NCBI GenBank assembly: GCA_048938005.1
Contig: JBHLMQ010000002.1
Span: 32,001 to 96,000, forward strand
Reading direction: 5' to 3'
Length of the DNA stretch: 64,000 nucleotides
Source of the DNA: Promethearchaeota archaeon
GTDB taxonomy: Archaea; Asgardarchaeota; Lokiarchaeia; Sigyniarchaeales; SOKP01
Part shown: one piece after another, positions 58,127 to 64,000 of the stretch
Position numbering within the stretch: position 1 is the stretch's first letter
Layout: each line of letters opens with the position of its first letter
Program-made: the position numbers and the translations under genes
Notes under the pieces: generated by a model
Databases searched by the model: none
What the model was told of the DNA's origin: nothing
The model's input: the letters and a program-made list of their open reading frames with translations, nothing else

Positions 58127-60991
58127 TTAAAATGATATACCCTTATTTCGCGCTATGTATTTAACTATCTCGAAGGATACAATACATATTAATGAGATTA
58201 GAAAGCAGACTAACCAATCGAGACCAGTTAAAAACATAAACATGAAATTAATACCTGAATCCGCCAAAAAAACTTGAACTCCAGGGATATACATCAGCAT
58301 TAAGTAAACAAGAAAAAGAAATCCTATAATTAGATAATTTCTTCGTTTACTGTCTTCTATAAAGCTTTTTATTAAAGACTTATTGGGACGTCTAATCTGA
58401 AAAACTAAAAAAGATTCACAGAAAAAGAGGGTTGTCATTAACATTGTAAGAGTTTTTCCCACTTTCAAATTAACACCATCTGAATACAGGTATAAATCAT
58501 TGAGTGCACCAAAATTCCAATTTTCAAAACTAACACCATAAATTCCACTATAAGTTATATAATAAACTAGAAGCATACTTACAGCCAGTAATATTCCATA
58601 TATGAATAAGAGACCAACAGTATTTTTTGAAAGGATTTCTTCCGAATCACGTGGTTTTTCTTTCATTACATCTTTAGACGTAGTGTCAAATGTGAGTATT
58701 AATCCCGGAAAGACATGTAAAGTTATCGCTAAAAATATCCATTGATAATAGAAAGGCTCATCTAAAAAGTATGGCAAATTAAGTACTATAGCTAAGATGA
58801 ATTGAACTATTCCTTCAAAAACATTTATACAAATATAAAAAAATACTACTGCTCGAATTCTTGCGAAAATTCCTCTTCCATGATTGATGCCTGTAACAAT
58901 CGAGTTGAAAGAATCATCTGAAATAACCATATCAGAAGCTTCTTTAGCTACATCTGTTCCGGTAATACCCATTGCGATTCCTACATCAGCCATGTTAAGT
59001 GCTAAAGCATCATTTACGCCATCTCCAGTCATCGCAACGACCTTATTCTCCTCCTGATATTTTTCTACAATATCCTCTTTATGTTCCGGAGAAACTCTGG
59101 CGAAAACTTTTACTGGTTTGAATTCTTCATATGATTTAATATCTTTAACCATCTTTCCCTCTACAGCTATTTCATTTTCATCAGTTACAATGGCAATTTG
59201 CGATGCTATGGCCCTTGCTGTAGTAGGGGAATCCCCTGTAATCATGACAACACCCACACCCGCTTCATGACACTGCCTTACTGATTCTCTTACCCCTTCT
59301 CTTGGAGGGTCCAATATTGTTACAAAACCAATAAAAATCAAATCCGATTCACTTACTTTTCTTCCTTCATCTCCTTCAGGTGGAATTGTATCCATTACTT
59401 TATAACATAAACTTAAAATCCTATAACCCTGATTAGCATATAAATTTACAATTTCCATTACCTTTCTCTTGATATCTTCAGTAAAATTAATTTCAATATC
59501 ATTATATAAAGCCTTGGCACAAAGTGGGATTAGAATTTCACTTGCTCCTTTTGAAAAAGAATAATAGGAGTGATTCCGTTTATAAAGTTTAGTCATCCTT
59601 TTCAATGTGGAATCAAAAGGATATTCTGTTATAGACTCAAAATCATCAAGAAGATAATCTCCCATCCCTTTTTGAAATAAAACCATAAGTGCTCCTTCTG
59701 TGGGAGAACCAACTACGTCCCACTTAGGAATTGTTCTACCAGAAACCGTGATTTCATTTTTTATTAATGCTGAATTGTTATTTAAGAATCCTGAAGTTAA
59801 TAATAATTTAAGAGAAGGATATTCCTCAATGTGTTTCACATAAACTGGATTTTTTGGATCATCCATTAAAATAATCTCTCCCTCTGGAGAATAACCACTA
59901 CCAGTAATTCTAAATATTGAACCATTCGTCCAAGCATGTTGAATAGACATCTGATTTTTTGTTAAAGTTCCTGTCTTATCTGAACAAACTACACTTACTC
60001 TTCCCAAACTATCTACAGATGCTAGATTTCTTATAATGACTCCTACTCGAGCCATAGCTAAGACTCCGGTGATTAGAACAATAGTCACAAGAAGTGGGAT
60101 ATTGATTGGCATAAGATCAAGGGCAGAATTCAGGCTTTCAACAAATTCAAGTCGTGTAAAACTACTTGCTACCCAAATTATTAAAAGTATTATCAACCAA
60201 AAAGTTACAATAATTAATCCTAGCCATTTACCAAAATTATTCATTTTTTGTCTTATAGGAATTTCACTTGTACCTGCCTCTTCTAAACCATGAGAAATCT
60301 TTCCTATCTCTGTATCTCCACCAACTTTCACTACTATAGATTTTCCATTTCCAGTTGTAATATAGGTCCCATAGAATACCATATTACTACGTTCACCAAT
60401 AGCAATATCTCTTTTGTTTATCGCTTTTCCTCTTTCTCCTTTTCTTACAGGTTCAGATTCTCCTGTCAATGATGCTTCATTTACTTCGAGGTTATGTGAT
60501 TCAATTATTCTAGCATCCGCAGGAATTTTGTCTCCTTGGTTCAATGCTAACAAGTCACCAATAACAATTTCTCTAGTTGGAATCTCCTGTTTTTGTCCAT
60601 CCCTGATTATTGTTGAAGTTGGAGCAGTTAATTCTCTTAGTGCTTTTAATTTCTTTGTAGCTCTATATTGTTGAATAATAGCAACCATACAGTTAAGAAA
60701 TACTATGAACAGAGTTAAACCAATGAAAGTCAAATTTCCCTCTGCTCCAAAAAGCACAGCTAAGAATAATATTATTGATGAAACTAAGTAAATCACGATT
60801 AACCAGTTAAATAGAGGAGCTAAATATATTTTAATAAACCCTTTTGAAACTTTAGGGATTTCATTGAATCCATATTTTTCTAAACGTTTTTTAACTTCCC
60901 TTTCGGACAATCCTTTATTAGGATCAGTTTTAAGTTCACGATAAATTTGCCCTAATTCAAGATTATAATAACTTACTTCTGCAGATTCCAT
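58127..60991 (-). CDS. P-type ATPase, P2A-like scaffold with atypical transport site (copy 1)
   Basis: LTGES, DKTGT, KGASE, DPPR, MITGD, FARVSP, TGDGVND; M4 PINIP. Confidence 0.92.
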   Translation of the reverse strand: MESAEVSYYNLELGQIYRELKTDPNKGLSEREVKKRLEKYGFNEIPKVSKGFIKIYLAPLFNWLIVIYLVSSIILFLAVLFGAEGNLTFIGLTLFIVFLNCMVAIIQQYRATKKLKALRELTAPTSTIIRDGQKQEIPTREIVIGDLLALNQGDKIPADARIIESHNLEVNEASLTGESEPVRKGERGKAINKRDIAIGERSNMVFYGTYITTGNGKSIVVKVGGDTEIGKISHGLEEAGTSEIPIRQKMNNFGKWLGLIIVTFWLIILLIIWVASSFTRLEFVESLNSALDLMPINIPLLVTIVLITGVLAMARVGVIIRNLASVDSLGRVSVVCSDKTGTLTKNQMSIQHAWTNGSIFRITGSGYSPEGEIILMDDPKNPVYVKHIEEYPSLKLLLTSGFLNNNSALIKNEITVSGRTIPKWDVVGSPTEGALMVLFQKGMGDYLLDDFESITEYPFDSTLKRMTKLYKRNHSYYSFSKGASEILIPLCAKALYNDIEINFTEDIKRKVMEIVNLYANQGYRILSLCYKVMDTIPPEGDEGRKVSESDLIFIGFVTILDPPREGVRESVRQCHEAGVGVVMITGDSPTTARAIASQIAIVTDENEIAVEGKMVKDIKSYEEFKPVKVFARVSPEHKEDIVEKYQEENKVVAMTGDGVNDALALNMADVGIAMGITGTDVAKEASDMVISDDSFNSIVTGINHGRGIFARIRAVVFFYICINVFEGIVQFILAIVLNLPYFLDEPFYYQWIFLAITLHVFPGLILTFDTTSKDVMKEKPRDSEEILSKNTVGLLFIYGILLAVSMLLVYYITYSGIYGVSFENWNFGALNDLYLYSDGVNLKVGKTLTMLMTTLFFCESFLVFQIRRPNKSLIKSFIEDSKRRNYLIIGFLFLVYLMLMYIPGVQVFLADSGINFMFMFLTGLDWLVCFLISLICIVSFEIVKYIARNKGISF

Positions 60992-61116
60992 AGTGAGTCT
61001 TCCACAGTTTTTAATATAATTTAAAGATAATTGAATTCAAAATTCTAATCAATATAATAAATAACCAATAATAATCATGCTTTAAAAAATTAAATATTTC
61101 TTATCAAGAAGTATTT

Positions 61117-63987
61117 TTAAAAATAAATATTTCTCCTTCTAACAATGTATTTAAATATCTCAATACCGATTATACCAGGTAAAGCAAGTAAAATACAAAT
61201 TAACCAATCGTCAAAACTTAAGAATAAAAAATTTAAATTAAGACCAAGCAAGTTATTTATAAAACTATTTACTGAAGATGAGAAGCACACTAATAAGACA
61301 TGAATTGCCAATGCAAATAAACAAATGAAAAGAAGTGGTTTATACAATTCTTCAGTTATACTCTTATACGCTGATTTATTTGGCCGTCTAAACGTCCAAA
61401 CAAAAAATGCTTCGAAAACATATATTGTTGTAATAAACATTGTCCTTGCTTTCATCTGTGTTAATTCTAATGGAGTAGATCCTATTGGGATATAACTTAA
61501 AGATGGATTTGTATTCCAAGGATTTAAAGGTATAATGCCTCCTAAAGTCAGTTGCAAAGCTAAAAATAGACCTAGTCCTCCTAATAAAGCTTGTATTAAA
61601 AGTAAAATCCAGAGTTTTTTACTTAATAATTCTTCTTCATTCCTTGGAGGTTCTTTCATAACATCTTTAGGATGTATATCAATAACGAGCGCCAATGAAG
61701 GGAGAGAATGCATAATTCCAAAAATATATATGTGTTGCCAATTCGAAGCAAATAGCTCAAATCCAATAAAGGGTTCGATAAGTTCAAAGGTAAAAAATGT
61801 TACTCCCTCCATAATATTAATACATATAAAGAAAAAAATAATAGTCCTTATTTTAGCAAAAATTCCTCTCCCAATTTTAACCCCTTGCTTAATGGATGAA
61901 AAATTATCATCAGTTATTACCATATCTGAAGTTTCTTTAGCGAGGTCGGTTCCAGTAATTCCCATTGCTACTCCTGCATTAGCCAGTTTTAAAGCAGGTG
62001 CATCATTGATACCATCTCCTGTCATAGCGCAAATTAGATCCTGCTTTTGATAATTTTCTACAATAATTTCTTTATCAGTTGGTTCTACACGCGCAAAAAC
62101 AGTTGTTTTGTTAAACTCAGCTAAAGGTAATTCTTTTATTTGATTGCCCGCAGCAACGAGATCTCCCTCTCTGTAAATCTCCATTTCAGAAGCAATAGTT
62201 TTTGCCGTTGCTGGATGGTCTCCAGTTACCATTACAACTTTAACTCCCCCACTCTGGCATTCTTTAACAGATTCTTTAACTCCTTGTCGGGGTGGATCCA
62301 TTATTGAAACAAAACCTAAGAAAATTAACTCTTTTTCCACTTCTTCTCTTTTTAAATCATCAACTTTTTGTATATTTTTATAAGCAACTGCTAATGTTCT
62401 AAATCCTTGATTAGCACGCTCAATTATTTTGTTTAAAATTAGATTTTTAGATTTTTCATCAAGATCTTTTAAAATTCCATCGATTTCAATTTGAGATGAT
62501 ATTTCCAACATTCGTTCAGGAGCACCCTTTGAAAAAGCAATAACTGTTGGATTATTTTCAGCTGTAGTGCAAATAGTAGTCATTCTTTTAACTTCTGAAC
62601 TAAATGAAAACTCGGTTTTTTTATCATATCTATTCTTGATGTCATATGGGAATATTCCCGCTTTTTCTGCTAAAACCAGTAATGCTGCTTCTGTGGGAGA
62701 TCCATAAGCTCTCCTTACTGCTTTCTCTCTCATACCCTTTAATTTTACTTTAATATCTTCGAATTCAAGTCTTGCAGTATTATTAACAACAATTGAATCA
62801 ATAAATTTATTAAAAGTTTTATCAGCTTTTAAATCAATAGGTGTACTATTTTTTAAAATCAATCCCTCTGCATCATATCCAGCCCCGGTAACATTATATT
62901 CTTGTTCGTTTAGCCAAAATTTTTCAACAGTCATTTCATTTTTTGTAATTGTTCCAGTTTTGTCTGAAGCAATTACAGACACACGCCCAAGCGATTCAAT
63001 AGCAGATAAATTCTTTATGATCACTCCACTCTGAGCCATATTTAATACACCTGTAATAAGAACTAATGTAGAGAGTAATGGTAAATTAATAGGAACAACA
63101 TTCATTGCCCTTATTATAGAATCAGTAAAAGCATTTACAATTTCATCTTGAATAAGATTATTTTGAATAGCTAAAATGGTGAGTTTGAAGGATATTAAAA
63201 TAATTAGATTGATTATTACAATAATTCCAAGGATTTTTCCGAGTCTATTCAACTTTCTGGTTAGGGGAATATCTTCTATACTACCCATTTCATTTAAAGT
63301 CTGGGAAATTTTTCCAATTTCTGTTTTAGTCCCTGTACCTGTTATTAATTCTTTTGCATTTCCAGTATAAACGTAAGTTCCCATAAATACCATATTGGAT
63401 TGATTTTGAATAGGTAATTGTTTTTTCTCTAAAGTATCACTATATTTTTCTACCGGCTCACTTTCACCTGTTAAAGGCGCTTCATCAACACTTAAATTCA
63501 TAGATTCTATAATACGGCCATCAGCAGGAATTTTATCCCCTTGCGTGAGTATAACTATATCTCCGGGAATTAAATCTCTCGTATTTACCTCAATATGTTT
63601 ACCATCTCTTAGGACAGTTGCTTTAAGTGCAGAAATTTCTCTTAGGGATTCTAATGCTTTTTGTGCTCGAAATTGCTGGATTATAGCGGTGATCGAATTA
63701 ATTATAACTACTGTAAAAGTTATTATCTGTGTGTCACCCCTACCTAATATTACGATAATGATTCCAGTTATAAGGAGAATCATTATTAAGAAATTGAAAA
63801 GAGGTGCAAGGTAAATTTTCCATATACTTTTCTTAATCTTAGGTAATTCATTGTAACCATATTTTAGATATCTTTCACTCAATACAGAAGATTTTAATCC
63901 CTGATCTGGATCAGTATTAAATCTCTCTAATAATTCATTAATAGGTAGATTATAATAAAATTCATCAGATCCAAGTTTGATTGACAT
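61117..63987 (-). CDS. P-type ATPase, P2A-like scaffold with atypical transport site (copy 2)
   Basis: LTGES, DKTGT, KGAPE, DPPR, MVTGD, TGDGINDAPAL; M4 PINLP. Confidence 0.92.
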   Translation of the reverse strand: MSIKLGSDEFYYNLPINELLERFNTDPDQGLKSSVLSERYLKYGYNELPKIKKSIWKIYLAPLFNFLIMILLITGIIIVILGRGDTQIITFTVVIINSITAIIQQFRAQKALESLREISALKATVLRDGKHIEVNTRDLIPGDIVILTQGDKIPADGRIIESMNLSVDEAPLTGESEPVEKYSDTLEKKQLPIQNQSNMVFMGTYVYTGNAKELITGTGTKTEIGKISQTLNEMGSIEDIPLTRKLNRLGKILGIIVIINLIILISFKLTILAIQNNLIQDEIVNAFTDSIIRAMNVVPINLPLLSTLVLITGVLNMAQSGVIIKNLSAIESLGRVSVIASDKTGTITKNEMTVEKFWLNEQEYNVTGAGYDAEGLILKNSTPIDLKADKTFNKFIDSIVVNNTARLEFEDIKVKLKGMREKAVRRAYGSPTEAALLVLAEKAGIFPYDIKNRYDKKTEFSFSSEVKRMTTICTTAENNPTVIAFSKGAPERMLEISSQIEIDGILKDLDEKSKNLILNKIIERANQGFRTLAVAYKNIQKVDDLKREEVEKELIFLGFVSIMDPPRQGVKESVKECQSGGVKVVMVTGDHPATAKTIASEMEIYREGDLVAAGNQIKELPLAEFNKTTVFARVEPTDKEIIVENYQKQDLICAMTGDGINDAPALKLANAGVAMGITGTDLAKETSDMVITDDNFSSIKQGVKIGRGIFAKIRTIIFFFICINIMEGVTFFTFELIEPFIGFELFASNWQHIYIFGIMHSLPSLALVIDIHPKDVMKEPPRNEEELLSKKLWILLLIQALLGGLGLFLALQLTLGGIIPLNPWNTNPSLSYIPIGSTPLELTQMKARTMFITTIYVFEAFFVWTFRRPNKSAYKSITEELYKPLLFICLFALAIHVLLVCFSSSVNSFINNLLGLNLNFLFLSFDDWLICILLALPGIIGIEIFKYIVRRRNIYF

Positions 63988-64000
63988 ATTTGAAATAATT

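Noticed and set aside
2524-63814. Many short antisense or overlapping ORFs in the track (e.g. 2524..3051, 13546..13923, 39616..40086, 42542..43072, 61535..62050)
   Set aside because: They lie within or opposite well-supported genes and have the Phe/Ser/Ile-rich composition of shadow frames.
58127-63987. Firm assignment as P4 flippases or as Ca2+-ATPases
   Set aside because: The A-domain is TGES not DGET, the P4 M5 Lys is absent and no CDC50-like gene is seen; Ca2+ site II residues are also missing. Substrate left open.

Overview
Strongly AT-rich, gene-dense archaeal DNA whose content points to an Asgard archaeon (Lokiarchaeia-like): TBP, ribosomal protein eL13, an archaeal-type tRNA-Pro, an archaeosortase, six small-GTPase-domain proteins with longin/roadblock partners, and a ubiquitin locus (Ub, E2, E1, JAMM). 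No rRNA, CRISPR, integrase or transposase was seen. Four things stand out. (1) The ubiquitin locus is flanked by three membrane proteins carrying the same cytosolic RING-like finger on different sensors: one 7-TM protein next to Ub and two tandem-duplicated single-pass proteins with 14 FG-GAP repeats. These are candidate receptor-type E3 ligases. (2) Rag-like GTPases are fused to FLCN/SMCR8-type longin domains, one with and one without the DxxARG arginine-finger motif. (3) Two tandem P2-like ATPases have the M4 PEGL motif replaced by PINI/PINL, resembling the flippase PISL motif. (4) A longin-degenerate GTPase-helical repeat-nitrilase fusion heads the JAMM-E1-E2 gene string. The rest is metabolism (ppsA, kbl/tdh, mtrH, BKACE, HDAC). 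All calls come from reading motifs by eye; no searches were run.
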